Shown here: piece after piece, positions 37,566 to 50,276 of the stretch
How positions within the stretch are numbered: position 1 is the first letter of the stretch
Layout of the letters: each line of letters starts with the position of its first letter
Source: Selaginella moellendorffii
Lineage: Eukaryota; Plantae; Lycopodiophyta
Direction of reading: 5' to 3'
DNA: 64,000 nucleotides
Assembly (NCBI RefSeq): GCF_000143415.4
Contig: NW_003314273.1
Coordinates: 2,286,544 to 2,350,543 of the forward strand
Translations under genes and position numbers: made by a program
The notes under the pieces: model-generated
Database searches by the model: none
What the model was told of the DNA's origin: nothing
What the model saw: only the letters and a program-made list of their open reading frames with translations

Positions 37566-39644
37566 TAATCCATAACTCTGAAAGAATAAAACAAAATTAT
37601 ATTATACCAGAAAAAGGTGAAATAAATTCAGTAATGTTATCGCACCTTCAGGCCTTGTACAAGCCCAGTAGAGCGATCACAGGCAAAGCCCAACAGATCA
37701 AGAGCCAGCGCCGCAAGCTTATTGGAGATCTTGGCGTGATTGAGCGCATTGTAGGACTGGACGAAGCTGCCGAGCGTCACAGTGGACGATGCGTCCTCTT
37801 CGTAACCGTTGTTGATGAGCCTTCTCATCAGGCGGAGCGTCCTCGTCTTTCTCTCTTCATCCGCCAGATCGGACTTGCTCTGGCTCTCCTCCTCGATCGC
37901 GAGAGACGGCGGTGCCGTGATGAGCGCCGAGGCAGCCGAGTCCAGCGCGCTCAAGTACTGGACCACGCCCTCCCGGAGAAAAGTATTGGAGGATTCACAG
38001 CAGCCTTCTTCTTTCACGCAGGCAGCGCACAGTTCCCTGTCTTCCCTGCAAGATATTATCCTCGCACTCGATCCAAAGCTTCTTAAGAAACTGGAGCTTA
38101 CTTGGTCAGGAAATAGATCCACTCGCAGAGTGACAGACACTTGTTGCACAGGCGTATTGAATCGTCCTTGAATTCCTGGTAAGGCCCGGAAACCCAGTCA
38201 GGCACGTCCTTTAGCACCGGGAGGAACACGCTGACAAATCCATGCAACGTCGACTGGAGACGAAAGAAAGCTTGGTCAGAGTTGGCAAGCACGAACAAAC
38301 CGAGTTACCTTGTTCTTGGGATGTGGAGAAGACACTGGCTTGGCTGAAGAGGCTGGAGAGCTTAGATCCTCCATAGGTGGCTGTTTTATGCGCCTTGGTC
38401 GAGGAAGAGCTTCGAGACCTTGATCCCGGGAGCTTTGATCAGCTGAAGAAAATCGAACAAGTGGTGGAGGAGGTGGAGAACTTGGAAGAAGGTTTACATC
38501 CTTATCTGAACAGCGCCGACGAGCTCGAGAACTTTGGTCGACCGCAGGAGGTGGAGGAGGAGCCCGAAAACTTCGCGTCCGACGAACTGGGGAATCCACT
38601 GGAGTAGCTTCCGCAGGAGCTGGCGAACTTTGTGGATCTCGAGAAGTTTGATCAGTTCGAGGACTTTGATTCGCGAGAAGACCCCGAGGACTTCGATTAC
38701 GAGGAGCTGCCGCACTCTGGTCCCCTACTATAGCTTTGGGAGGAGCTGGAGAACTTTGATCCCTTGGAATAGCTTCTATACCGTCTAGCGAACTTTGATC
38801 TGGAGGAGCTTGACGACGGACCGGCAGAGCTGCTGCTAGAGAACCTTCCGGAGCAGCCGGAGAACTTTGATCAGCTGGAGAAGCTCGAAAACCATGATCA
38901 ACAGCAACTGGAGGAGGTCGGGAACTTCCACTACGATCTGATGGCGCTGGAGAGCTTTTCTTCGCAACCACCGGAGGAGCTGGAAGTATTATAACGTCTG
39001 GAGGAGCTCGGGAACTTCCACTACGATCTGATGGCGCTGGAGAACTTTTCTTTGCAACCACCGGGGGAGCTGGAAGGATTATAACGTCTGGACAAGTTCT
39101 TGGGGACGATAACGGACTGTCCGGATCGAGGTCCACTATTTCCCTGTAAAGCTTTTGGACGGAAGAAAGCTGTTAGTACACAGATGAGGAAGAACACAAG
39201 CGAAAACGAGAATGCCACTTACTTTCCCCGGAGAAAGAAAAATCACATCGTCTGGGAAATCCTCTTGCCTTTCGTCCTCTCCACGGGCCAGTTCTTCGAT
39301 CTATAACTCCGGTTAATCAAACGAGAAGACGAAGGAAATGCAAACGATAAAACTCACTGGTGCCGCTGGCTCTTGATCCAGAATCGCTGCTTTCTCCTGA
39401 AACGGGAAGACGAAATCAATCTCTAGAAAGCAATGAGATCTCACCTCAGGGGCAGCCTCAATCCGCGGTTTCTTCTGGCGATTGTAGCGATTTCCACGAG
39501 AAATCCACGAATCACGACACAATGTACACATCGAACGACGCGGAGGCTTACCTCTGGCAGCGAGAACCGCTCGCGAATCGCCGCCAGCTCCGTGTGAAGC
39601 GTTCGAATGCGCGATTCCCAGCTCTCCTCCTTGCGCTTCGCCAT
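37515..39644 (-). CDS. Hypothetical multi-exon protein with a Pro/Ser-rich repeat region (duplicated PDVIILPAPPVVAKKSSPAPSDRSGSSR, DQSS repeats) and a Cys-containing helical C-terminal part
   Basis: ATG 39644; small phase-0 exons (MAKRK..LPE|KKPRIEAAPE|EKAAILDQEPAAP|IEELAR..SPGK|LSSVQKLYREIVDLDP...) joined by short GT-AG introns. Alternative end at TAA 37637 if the last intron is retained. Confidence 0.7.
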
Positions 39645-39775
39645 GTCAGTCGAAGAACCCTAACTGGAGATTAAAAATCTAACGTGTTTTAAAAAGGGCA
39701 AACCCTCCGTACAATCCCTGTCAAACGGGAAATCACGTTTTCCGTACGTCTCTCTTCTTTGTTCGTCTTTCTTGA

Positions 39776-41626
39776 CTATAGGCTGGAAGCGAGCGTTTCG
39801 TGGATGAATTCCGCGATCTCGTTGGCCAGTTCGCAGTTCTGGCCAATCTGCAAGAGAAATTCCTCACGTCAGTCACTCGTGATCGACTTGAAAGAGAATG
39901 ATTCTCTCTAAAAGATCGATCTTTTAGATCGATCAATCACGAAAGAACTGGAACGAGGAGGAAGGGAGCTTAGTACCTTGACTTCGAAGGCGTAGAGCAC
40001 CGTGTGATCGATCGTTGTCACGTTGGTGTGGAGGATGCTAAACAGCAGCTTGTTCTCCAGCGCGGTCATCGTCTTGAGCAGCTGCCCGGGTTTCTTCTGC
40101 GAGAGAATCTTTATGTTTGCGTTGCTGCCCGTGATCTTCACCTCCACCTGGGCGATCTCCGACTTGGCCTCCCCGTACAGCTCGCGCAGCGGCTCGTACA
40201 GCCCCGTGTCGAAGTACTTGACGTCGAGTGGCAGCGGTGGCGGCGGCGGCGGCGCTGGCGGCGACGCTCGGATCATCCCGCCACCACCGCCAGGGAAGCC
40301 GGCGGCCACGGCTTGGATGATCGTGGTTGGCGATCCCAGCATTCTCGGCGGTGCCTCCACGAAGCTCATCTTGCGCTTCTTCTGCTCCTCGAGGCATTGT
40401 AGCAGCTGCTGGAGCTCCTTGACGAACTCGATCGCGCCGCCGATGATCGAGGCCTGGTCTCCCTGCAAGAACAATGAGTGTTTCGTAGTCAGTGACAATC
40501 GCTACTTCTCTCTCTCACACGCACGAATATGAAAAGCTGATTGAGAGGTGGGCAGCCAGTCCCTTTCTATCTCACAAAAACTCGTGATGAGCTCATCTGG
40601 AGCTCACGACGATCTAGCCATGAAAAAATAGCGAAGAGAAAAGCATGGAAAAAGCGAAAAAATCAGTTTTTGAGCAATCTGATGGAAGAAGAAAAAAACG
40701 AATAGCGAAGAGAGAAAAAAATGGAAAAAGAGAGTAGCAATCTAGCTATCTATTGATGAACCAGAAAAAGAACGTACCCGCTGGACGTAAGATCCTGGCA
40801 TGAGAGCGCGAAGAACTCGTAGATGCTCGTTCATCTGGCGTCGGCGATTGCGCTCCACTGCGATGTGCGTCATTCGCTGGCTCTCCACTTCCTCGCTGCT
40901 CTTGCAAGGCCTGGATCTCTTCCGCTTGGGCTTGTTGCTGGTTCTTGTCGTGGTCGCCTCGAGGACGGAGCTAGATCTGGAAGCTCCTCCCCACGAAGAA
41001 TTGGCCTGGAACGACGCTGTTGTTGTGTTCTTCTTGCCATTGATGTCGCCCAAGGAGTGGAAAGAAGCGTGGTGATCTTCGTCGTAGTCAGTCCAGAGCT
41101 TGGTTATTCCCGGAGCTTCAATCTCGACGCTCGAGGGAGAGGCTTGCTGCAGCGTCAATCCCTGCTGCTCGAGCTCCTCGGCTTTGTCCGAGCGCCCCGC
41201 AAACATGGATCGACTTAGTAACTGGAAGGAGCCGAAGCCGCCGCCACCGGGATGCTCGTCTTCCGGAGTCCTGGAAGAAGCTCCTGCTGCTGGAATTCCT
41301 CCTCCCCCGCCATCTCCTGCTCCTCCTCCTCCTGCTGCCGCTGCCGCTGCAGTAGTTCCTTGCTCGGGAAAGGCTGAAATCTCTGGAAAAATCGCCTTTT
41401 CATGCAGTGACGAGGAACTGGAGCTGTTGTTGGCGGCGTTGTTTGAGAATTGCGACGAAGCGAACATGTCGAACAAGGTGCTGCTTATCGGAGTTTCATC
41501 ACCGCCGGCGCCGCCACTCACACTCTCGTGCTCGAGAATATCAATCCGGGAGATCTCGTCTGGCGAGGACAGCCTCGGTGGTCGCTGCATTATCTCCGGA
41601 GCTGCACTGGATTGTACTCCTGGCAT
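39776..41626 (-). CDS. Clade Ia bHLH transcription factor (FAMA/SPCH/MUTE, SMF-like); join(41626..40778,40462..39977,39847..39776); start codon uncertain
   Basis: [39 protein letters not shown]|[17 protein letters not shown]; ACT-like C-terminal domain ([31 protein letters not shown]). Confidence 0.93.
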
Positions 41627-43433
41627 CTGCTGCTGCGACGAGACCACACGTGAACTTCCTTCGGTCGGAATCACTGTGGTTGCGTTAACTCGACTCGAGC
41701 GTGGAGGAGGAGAACAGTCGCGAGGAAGTGGAAGAACAAAAGCTCGCTCGTGGATCCAAGCAGACCCAGCCTAGTAGAAAACTTTGTTCGTCTTGGTTGT
41801 TTTGTTTACCAGCAGCCAGCCTCCGTGAATCGTACGCAGCATCACGAGCACAGCCGGGACGACGGGGTCTCTTTTCTCTCTCGTCGCGTGGAATCCGAAT
41901 AGAAAAATGTTGAATTCCTCGTCGTTGCCGAGTGAAAGGACCTCTTGTTTTCGAGCAATTGAGTTTTTCACTGTGAGCCGACGAGGTGCTGTCATCCAAC
42001 CGAATACCGAGCCAAATATATCTGCGACGTAGGCCTCACTGATTGAAAGAATGATACCGCGTGTGTAGGTCCTCGGAGCTATGGAGCAAGGAGGCACCAG
42101 CTAGAGAATGAGGGACAGCAAGTAAACTCGTAACACAACTGCTGGCTCGTTCGGACCTTCGTACTCAGCGACAAAGGACACTCCTTTTCTTCTTTCGTCT
42201 CCTTTTTCTCTCCCGTTTATGCTTTTTCTCTACAGGGACCGGCCACGGCGCCTGCAAACAGATCATAAGCAACTCATTAGATGCGATCGAGCCAGCGAGC
42301 GAAAGAAGAGAAAAAGAAAGAAAAAAACAACGGACAAGCGCGTGAAAGAGGCAAGCATTGACTTACAGACCTTTGCAGTGTTCCTCTGCCTCGGCAAGTT
42401 TTTGTTCCAAGCCGATGGTGTAGTGTCAGCATTCCGCTGCGCGGCACTGCAGCAAAACTCCGTCTCTATCTCCGGGCGACTGTGCAAAATTTGGTTAGTT
42501 ACTGGCACATCGCCAACTTTAAGATGATCCTCCTGGCGAGAAAACGATGGAGGGCGCGAGAGCCGGTGGTCCCTCCGGTTGGTAAAAGCTGGGCCTGCTA
42601 CAAGGACCACCGAGTGAGCGAAAACAATCGAATGGAAATGACGTTAAGTCACGATTAAGCTCGAGCATACCTTTGCGATAAGTTGTAACAGTGCTGCTTT
42701 CCTTGATGGCTGCTTCCAGGAAATAGCGACAAGTTAGAGGAGATATACACATCTGCGAAGATCATCGCAGCTCACGGGGGGGCTCCAGTAGAGAGAGAGA
42801 GAGGACGTCCAGTCTCTCGTGTGATATCACACTCTCTCAGCTCTAAGATGATCTCGATGACAATAGAATAGTATTTTCCGAGTCAATCATCCAATCTCTC
42901 TCGGCGGCGAGCACCTCAAAAACAGTTAGGCAACTAAAACCCGTCCCTGACGAAACTCGTCCGGCCTTTGATATCGCCACCGCCATCATCGCTGAATCAT
43001 CTATGAAGCTTAAAAACCTGCGCTCTTTTCACTTGACGACCGGCCAGCCAGAGAATCCAAGTCACAGGATGGAGCACAGAGGCATTTATCACCCGACCGA
43101 CCCCCTCGATCCAATCACCACTGCGCTAATGTAAACTTCTAGATTGATATGAAGGTCCGCCGGGTGTTTTGATCGATCACAAGGGTGAGCGCTAGACTTT
43201 GATAGCGATTCTTCATCCTTCGCAAATGCGGGCTTGTGAAAAGAGGTGTACCCACAAGCTTTTGACTTACGGCCTTTTTTTCCCACCACGTGAAAGCGCA
43301 GGGATGCCGTGAACAGCATTCACTCTGACAAAAACCAAGAGCGCGAAGTGATTGTCGGCGAAAGATTTAAGGAAATTGCCATACCTTTGAAAGTCAAGAT
43401 TGAAGTTCGGTGAAGCTTTTCAAGGGCGGAGAA

Positions 43434-45709
43434 CTATCCTTGTACGGTGGCTACTTGCAAGTCGTCCGGAGCATCCGCATTTTCTATGCTGGCGGCGAGT
43501 TCGTCGTCGGAGAAGCAGTTTATCGACTGTATGGCATCCCCGATGTTAAAAGTTGAGAGTTCAGACTTGCAGAGCTTTTCGAAGGTTCCAAACCGCGCAC
43601 CCTGCAGACCGCTCGATGAAAGCCTTGCGGCGATAGTGTTCAACTTTTTCCTGTTTGTCTTGATGCTTTCGAGAGCTTGTGAAAACTCCTCCGAGGAACG
43701 CAAGCTCTTAAAAGCCAGGAACGCTGCATTCTCGGACACCGGAATAACTTCCACCTCGGATGAGAACTGAGTCTCTTCGAAGCAGCTCTTTACCAGTTTC
43801 TGAAGCTGGCGGGATGAACCAACTGGGTCCTGTGACCAGACAATAACCGCGGCATCACTGGCAGGACGTCGGGCCGAGTAGCTTTCTCGTTCCGGCAATG
43901 CTTTAGAGCCTTTGGCTTCTTTCCCCGTCTTCAAGTCCAGCACGAAATGACCAGCCCAGCCCATGTAGAGAAGGTTGGAAAACTCCGAGATAGCGTGGGT
44001 TCCACGAAGGATTTTTTTCGAGAGTGCATAAAACTCGGTAGGATTGGAGACCACTGTCCGCCACAGCTGGGCAAAGATTGCGCCCGTCATATAAGCATCA
44101 AATCCTGCTTCATGTTTTAACTCCGCGTCAGAGTACCTGAACGGCCAGCTTATAAAAATCTGAGAGGAGAAATGTGCGTCACTCACTTGTGAAAGCCATC
44201 AGCAATTTCCACGTTCACTGTTGAATGTGCCTTCATTTTGGTGTTTTTCTTCGCATCCTCACCGAAGTAGTAGGAATACACGGGGTACAAAGACGTGGTA
44301 CTGATGCTCGTCCGAAGAACTTTGAGCATGTACTTCGTATCTATGACGGCGGGAAATAGTTCGTGAATGACGTTGCAGAAACCGGAATAATTATCCGGGA
44401 GTGGTCCAATAAACTTGTTGTAGATGTGAGCAAGATCTAACCATGAAGAAAAAATAAGTGAGGTAAAGAGAAAAAAACAGAAAGAACCTAGAACGCAGTT
44501 ATGGCCCACGATGGGTTTTTTCGACTCCGAGATTGCATCAATTACTTGCCGAAAACCCACTGCCTCCATCACATCATACTCCATGAGATCCAGCTTTGCC
44601 TTGTCAAGGTCGGCCTAGACAAGCATATTTTAAGCCGCTAGTGACATTTGTCGCTACAAAATAGTACCTGTAATGCAATTTTGTGCTCCGAGGACCCAGT
44701 GTAGATGACTTTCACCTGTGTCGCCTCTTTCTCATTACCTTCGATCATAGGCACCAAATCGTCGAAGTTACTACTCACGGCCTGAAATTTTGACACACTA
44801 TCAGAGAAAGAAGAAGAAGAAAGGAAGACAATAGTACCTTCAAAACAAGTTTTGCTTGGCGCTTGTCAGAAACGTTGATGACTAGAGAAGGAAGTGGAGC
44901 TTCATCGTCAGGCATGGAAGAACGACCAGAAGACTCCTCCTGCTTGGCTTTGTGCTTGGCCATGATTTTGGACGCACGCCATAAACCAACTTGGAGTCTA
45001 ACTCTCTCGCTGAAAATCAAGTCGGATGTCTTACGCATGGAAACTTCAGGAAGTTCGTCCTCTCCTTTTTTTGCAAGCAATGCCCGAAGTTTCCCTTCTT
45101 CTTTCCTCGATAGATACGAGATTCCTGCACTAAACGGCTTTTGCATAAGATCAAAACAAAAATCATCACAAGATTACCATTGTATATGCAAGCATTGAAA
45201 TCGAAATGGTGCTTTGCCAGAAACTCTAGTGACGATGTCTGGCATAAGAAGTCGCGCTCAAGAACGAGCTCGTTTCGAGGAAACAAGAAAAAATTAAACC
45301 TGTGACAATGAAGCATGAAGAAAACTAGAGGAGAAAATAAATTCGAGAGAAGAGTTTTTACTTACGGGTGTCCCAAGAACTTGGAAGAAGCCTGATCGTA
45401 TCGAAACAAGCACAGGCCACATTGCAGCAACGAGAATTTCTCTGCCGAATCCCTCACGTTGTGATACCTCGTCTCCAGCGTGTCGAGCTCCATGCTCTTG
45501 CGCCAGGGCGCGCTGTGCACCCCCGACATCTCTAGGTCCATCGCCACGAAATCCGCGTCGCGGAGGAGGCCCTTGAGCCGCTGGAATGCGGCCCCGAAAT
45601 TCTGGCGCGTGATCGCGTGAGAGGAATCGCGCACGACTGCGCTGCAAAAGAACCTAATGCCGCTACCAGCGACACGAGCGCGGCGAGGCAGCGCTCTCCA
45701 GAGCGCCAT
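43434..45709 (-). CDS. PARN: Poly(A)-specific ribonuclease PARN (CAF1/DEDD family), multi-exon, with a mitochondrial-type N-terminal presequence
   Basis: DFVAMDLEMSG, FLCQTSSLEFLAKHHFDFNACIY, KKPIVGHNC.LDLAH, IDTKY, HEAGFDAYMTG. Arg-rich N-terminus MALWRALPRRARVAGSGIRFFCS. Confidence 0.93.
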
Positions 45710-45718
45710 TCTTCTCCA

Positions 45719-45800
45719 AAAACCCTAAACCCTAGCTAGCGGGAAAACAAACTAATCTAAACCTTGACCAGTCTAAACATTCATTGACCAAAGCCCAAGT
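45719..45800. promoter_or_regulatory. Telo-box (AAACCCTA x2) and site II-like (AGCCCA) motifs upstream of PARN
   Basis: aaaccctaaaccctag directly upstream of the ATG; agccca near 45793. Confidence 0.45.
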
Positions 45801-46325
45801 CTTGACTACGGAATCAAAGCTTAGAGTCCACGATGTAATAAATAAACTCCCATCCAATTAGAGCGCGCCACAGTCAAAGTTAAAGCCTGTGATTGAAGCT
45901 TTTTGCGCATCCTCGCGTCCTCCAGTACTTCGTGGCTCGCACAGCGCAAGAACAAGGACGTTTGATAAAGGGAAAACAATGGCCAAACAAAGAGAAAGAA
46001 ATTTTTTAACGGACGTGGCGGTGGCCATCGTGCCACTTCGTGGTTGGACGATCACAGAGAGTGGTACATGCTCCCTTGAATTCCTTGCTTGCGATCGCGT
46101 CCTTTTTAATTCATTTTGATGAGCATTGCCACGGAGAGCCTGGCAGCATCAGCTTTGATTTCCTTTTCTTTGGTTCCCCAGGAATCGACGCTTTCGACAC
46201 TGCAAGTGCGCGAAATATCTCTTTAGTTTTGTGGATAAAAGCATTAGCTCGAAACAAGAGAAAGAAAGCTTTTTTTTTGACAATCGAAGGATCAAAGACA
46301 TGATCGTTGATGTTAAGTGTCCCAA

Positions 46326-46860
46326 TGCAAGTCAATGAATGGGAAAGGGATATTTACCTGTGGTTTCTATAGTTCTTCAATGGTTTTCGAGCATCTGGTT
46401 TCTCCAAAGCACGCGGACGATGGTATACGACACAGGAAAGCGTCGTGAAATCAAACGCTGCAATGCAAGACAGAAGAATTAGCTCTAAGAGAGACTTAAA
46501 AAGTTGTTTGGAAAAGAAACAAAATAAGCAAAATTAAGCAGAAGCATGCCAGTGTTTCTCTGCAAGTCAATGAATGCGAGAGATATTTACCTGTAATTTT
46601 TATTTTGTTCTTCGGGCATCTGGATCCAAACTTATCTTCCAAAGCAATCAGAAGATGGTACACGACACTTCGTGAAATCAAAGGCTGCAGTACAAGACAG
46701 AAAACTTTAACCAAGAGACTTAATAAAACGAAGTTCTGAAAGGAAAAAAAAAGAAAAAAACAGGAAATTTACCTCGTTTCGTGCTGAAATCTTTCGGGTT
46801 TATCGCCAAAGCAATCCCTGGGACGAAAAACACGTTCGTGTTCACGACGCGCAGCATCCC
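46326..46860 (-). repeat. Degenerate tandem duplication (~235-bp unit) of exon-intron-like modules
   Basis: tgcaagtcaatgaatg..gatatttacctgt..ccaaagca..tcgtgaaatcaaa..gctgca..caagacagaa occurs twice, with a third partial unit. On the minus strand each unit reads ..GCAG|exon|GTAAAT. Confidence 0.55.
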
Positions 46861-48021
46861 AGCCTCGTGACAGCTTAATGCTGCTCACATAGGTTTTTTT
46901 TTTCTCTCTGAGAAAAAATAAATAATCTCCGCCAGCGAAGACAAGGAAAGAATTCCGAGGCCCGGACAAAAAAGCTTCCAGGAAACCAATTGCAAGCCTA
47001 CCTCATTGTGCCCGTGCCGTGCATCTCACTTCCTCTTTCTCCTCACTCGCAGGCTCACAGCTGCTGGCAGCGATCCATCCAAATCCTGCCACAGCCGAGA
47101 GCGATGCGTAGCGACGAATTGGATGATGGCGCCGGTGGGGACTGACAATCGCAAACAAAACCCCCTTAAACCCTAATCTCCGTGCCCAAGAACCCTAATC
47201 CCTGCCCACGTGGCGATAACGATGATCCCACTGACGCACGATCGAATCCGTGGGGCCTCTACCAAAATTTTCCAAGCGCGAATATAATGCGGCTGTGAAC
47301 GGCGGCCTGACGGCCAAGCAAGGCAGCCGGCCGGTAGTTTCGCCACGCGTCGCTATTGGAGACTTCTTAGCCGTTGGCCTCCAGCACGGACGGCCCAGAT
47401 CCAGTCTCCAGAGCCTTCGCCCGCTAATCCTATCTCAAACGCGTCATTAGCGCTAATGCGCGGCCTGTGCGGCCAGCACGTGGCGGCGGGATGGCCGTCG
47501 ATGCGGTCCATCACACGGTCAAGAACGCCGTCACTAATGCGTGTGCTCAATAGGGCTACATTTTGTATGCGTCTGTCGGCCTAGGGTTTGACGAGCCAGG
47601 AGGTGGAAGAGCGTCGTGATCTGTGAGGGAGCGCGGCTACAGGATTTCTTGTCGATTTGCTCGCCTCGATCGGCAACCAGTGGTTTCCCCTCACATTTCC
47701 GCCAGGAGTAACAGTGATCTCCTCGACGCACCCGTCGCCTCTCCTCGCCGAGGCGCTCTCTTTTGTTTCTGGAGTAGAGGATGATCAAGATCTGGCATTT
47801 GCATTGAGGACGCTCTCAGGGATCCCGATGTGATTCGTCCGGATCGAAATATTGGCCCCCCTCTCTGGCTCGGTTGTGGAGATTTCCTCGCCGCGAAGAG
47901 TCTTCCGTCTGAGAGGTATGCGGAAGCTCGGAATCTCCATTCCATCCTAGAAATATTGTGCTTACCGGGCTCTGCGCGGCTGCCCTCTCTCTTTCAGGCC
48001 AGATCTCTCCATCTCGCCAAG

Positions 48022-50034
48022 ATGAGGAGCTTCCAGGGACCTGTCCAGATTCAGAAGCCCATGGCCTTGCCCGAGGTCTGCTATGGCGGATTGTCTGGCA
48101 TCCATGCGGCTCAACTTCGCGAAGTGGGGCGGCGGCGCATAATCGTGCAAATCGACACCGGCAATGTGCTTGGCTTGGAGCTGGACAGGTCCGAGAAAGT
48201 CCAGTCCGTGAAGAAGAAGGTCCAGGCAGCGCTGTCCGTCCCGACTGAGCAGAGCGCGCTGGTTTTTGGCGACCATGTCATCGAGGACGATCTCAGTGAG
48301 GTCCGGAGCGACACTCCACTCTTGTTGACGCGGGGACTGCACAGGAGCTCTTCCACGCCGTGCCTGTCGCCAACGCTAGATGTCTCCCCGCCCAAGGACT
48401 GGAGCCAGCCAGTGGAGCTTGTGGGAGGCTCGTCCGAGTGCTCTCCGGCCATGAAGCAGCTGATTCAAGACTCGGTGGAGGCGATCCATGGCGGCGTGGT
48501 GCCGGTGCTGGCCACTGGTGGTCTGGGCGGAGCCTACTACTTGAAGGACTCGAGCGGACAGAGCATTGCCATCGTCAAGCCGACTGACGAGGAGCCCTTT
48601 GCGCCCAACAATCCCAAGGGGTTCGTGGGCAGGGTGCTGGGGGAGCCGGGGCTCAAGAGGTCGATTCGTGTTGGCGAGACGGGCGTTCGGGAAGTAGCAG
48701 CTTACTTGCTGGACTACGGGAACTTTGCGCGAGTCCCTGCGACATCTCTGGTGAAAGTTCGTCACTCGGTCTTCAACGTTAACAGGGAGATCAGTGTGAG
48801 CTACCAGGGGGAGGGGTCGCCCGTTGCAAAGATTGCCTCTTTCCAGCAGTTCGTGAAGCACGACAGTGACGCAAGTGACATTGGGACGTCCAGTTTTCCG
48901 GTCTCGGCAGTTCATCGCATTGGCATTCTGGATGTCCGGATCTTTAACACTGATCGACACGGTGGTAACATTCTTGTGCGCAAGGTGGAGAATGGGGGGT
49001 GGAGAGGTGGTTCTTTTGAGCTGGTTCCCATCGATCACGGGCTCTGCTTGCCCGAGACTCTGGACGACCCTTACTTCGAGTGGCTCCACTGGCCACAAGC
49101 CTCGATGCCGTTTTCAGAGGAGGAGCTGGAATACATACAGGCACTGGATCCTTACGAGGACGCGGAAATGCTCCGGAGGGAGCTGCCGATGCTGAGGGAA
49201 GGCTGCCTTCGGATGCTGGTCCTCTGCACCATCTTTTTGAAGAACGCGGCTCGCTCGGGGCTGACTCTCGCGGAGATAGGCGCCATGATGAGCCGTGAGC
49301 TTTGTGGTGACAACGAAGAACTCAGTGAGCTGGAAAAGGTCTGTATGGTGGCCAAGCTTCAGGCGGACAAGGCTTTGGCCGAGGAAACTGAGGAGGAGGA
49401 GGAGGATCAGATCGATGAGGAGGACCTGGAGCTGGAAGACGACATCCTGGGCAACTTCTCGATCGAGATTGACGAGGAATCGGGTGGCGAAGTGGTTGCT
49501 GATGAAGCGGATAAAGCAGCGGAGGAAGAAGAGGAGGGGGAGATGCTGCACGACGCCATCCTGGGCGAGCTCGGGAAGAACAATCCTGGAAACGGCTACT
49601 ACGCCGGACGGAACGTTCTACTCCGCCTTCGTCCGTTTGGGAGTCCCAAGTACAGCAGCTACTACAAGAACAGACAAGACACCAACAAGCTACGGAGGTA
49701 TTTCAGTGCGCGCAACACTTGCTCGCTTTCACATCAGCGCCACCACCACCACTACCACCACCACCATCGCCGCCGCCGCTCCTCATCTTCGTCGACTGGG
49801 TCAGCGGCAGCAGCGGCGCCATCAACACCAGTAACATCGTCGGCACCGGGAGCAGCAGCAGTGGCAATCCCAGCGGGGGACACTCCGGAGAACTTGGTGT
49901 TCTCTGCGATGAGCGACGAGGAGTGGGAGGCGTTCCTGGGACAGTTTGAGGAGCTGCTTGAGGATGCGTTCGTCCGGCGCAAGACTGACAACCTCAATTT
50001 TGTACAGAGGCTGGGAACATCTTGCCAGTTTTAA
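48022..50034 (+). CDS. Type II phosphatidylinositol 4-kinase gamma (ubiquitin-like domain plus PI3/4-kinase domain), PI4Kgamma5/6/7-like; intronless CDS
   Basis: GLGGAYY, AIVKPTDEEPFAPNNPKG, REVAAYLLD, HRIGILDVRIFNTDRHGGNIL, PIDHGLCLPE, C-terminal QRLGTSCQF. First ATG at 48022, after an acceptor-like ctctctttcag. Confidence 0.95.
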   Translation: MRSFQGPVQIQKPMALPEVCYGGLSGIHAAQLREVGRRRIIVQIDTGNVLGLELDRSEKVQSVKKKVQAALSVPTEQSALVFGDHVIEDDLSEVRSDTPLLLTRGLHRSSSTPCLSPTLDVSPPKDWSQPVELVGGSSECSPAMKQLIQDSVEAIHGGVVPVLATGGLGGAYYLKDSSGQSIAIVKPTDEEPFAPNNPKGFVGRVLGEPGLKRSIRVGETGVREVAAYLLDYGNFARVPATSLVKVRHSVFNVNREISVSYQGEGSPVAKIASFQQFVKHDSDASDIGTSSFPVSAVHRIGILDVRIFNTDRHGGNILVRKVENGGWRGGSFELVPIDHGLCLPETLDDPYFEWLHWPQASMPFSEEELEYIQALDPYEDAEMLRRELPMLREGCLRMLVLCTIFLKNAARSGLTLAEIGAMMSRELCGDNEELSELEKVCMVAKLQADKALAEETEEEEEDQIDEEDLELEDDILGNFSIEIDEESGGEVVADEADKAAEEEEEGEMLHDAILGELGKNNPGNGYYAGRNVLLRLRPFGSPKYSSYYKNRQDTNKLRRYFSARNTCSLSHQRHHHHYHHHHRRRRSSSSSTGSAAAAAPSTPVTSSAPGAAAVAIPAGDTPENLVFSAMSDEEWEAFLGQFEELLEDAFVRRKTDNLNFVQRLGTSCQF

Positions 50035-50276
50035 GTGTGGTGAGTAGTTTCCCTTCAATGTATAATGTAGATAGCGTGAGAGAGAAGAGAGAGAGAGAGG
50101 GAGATGGAAACTTTTTTTTCTAGTAGTGTTAGTGAGTGAGTGTTCTTTCTTTTTCCCTTGCGAGCTCGCTAGCTAGCTACAGAGCCGAGCGACGAGAAGC
50201 CATAGCCAGCAAGCAGGAGCAGCATTTGTTTGGATAAACGAAGAAAAAAAGAGTTTTTGTAAGCGTGTCCTTACCA

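Noticed and set aside
47830-48021. 64-aa N-terminal extension of PI4K in the ORF track
   Set aside because: It starts at GTG and spans a likely 5'-UTR intron ending ctttcag; the first ATG is at 48022.
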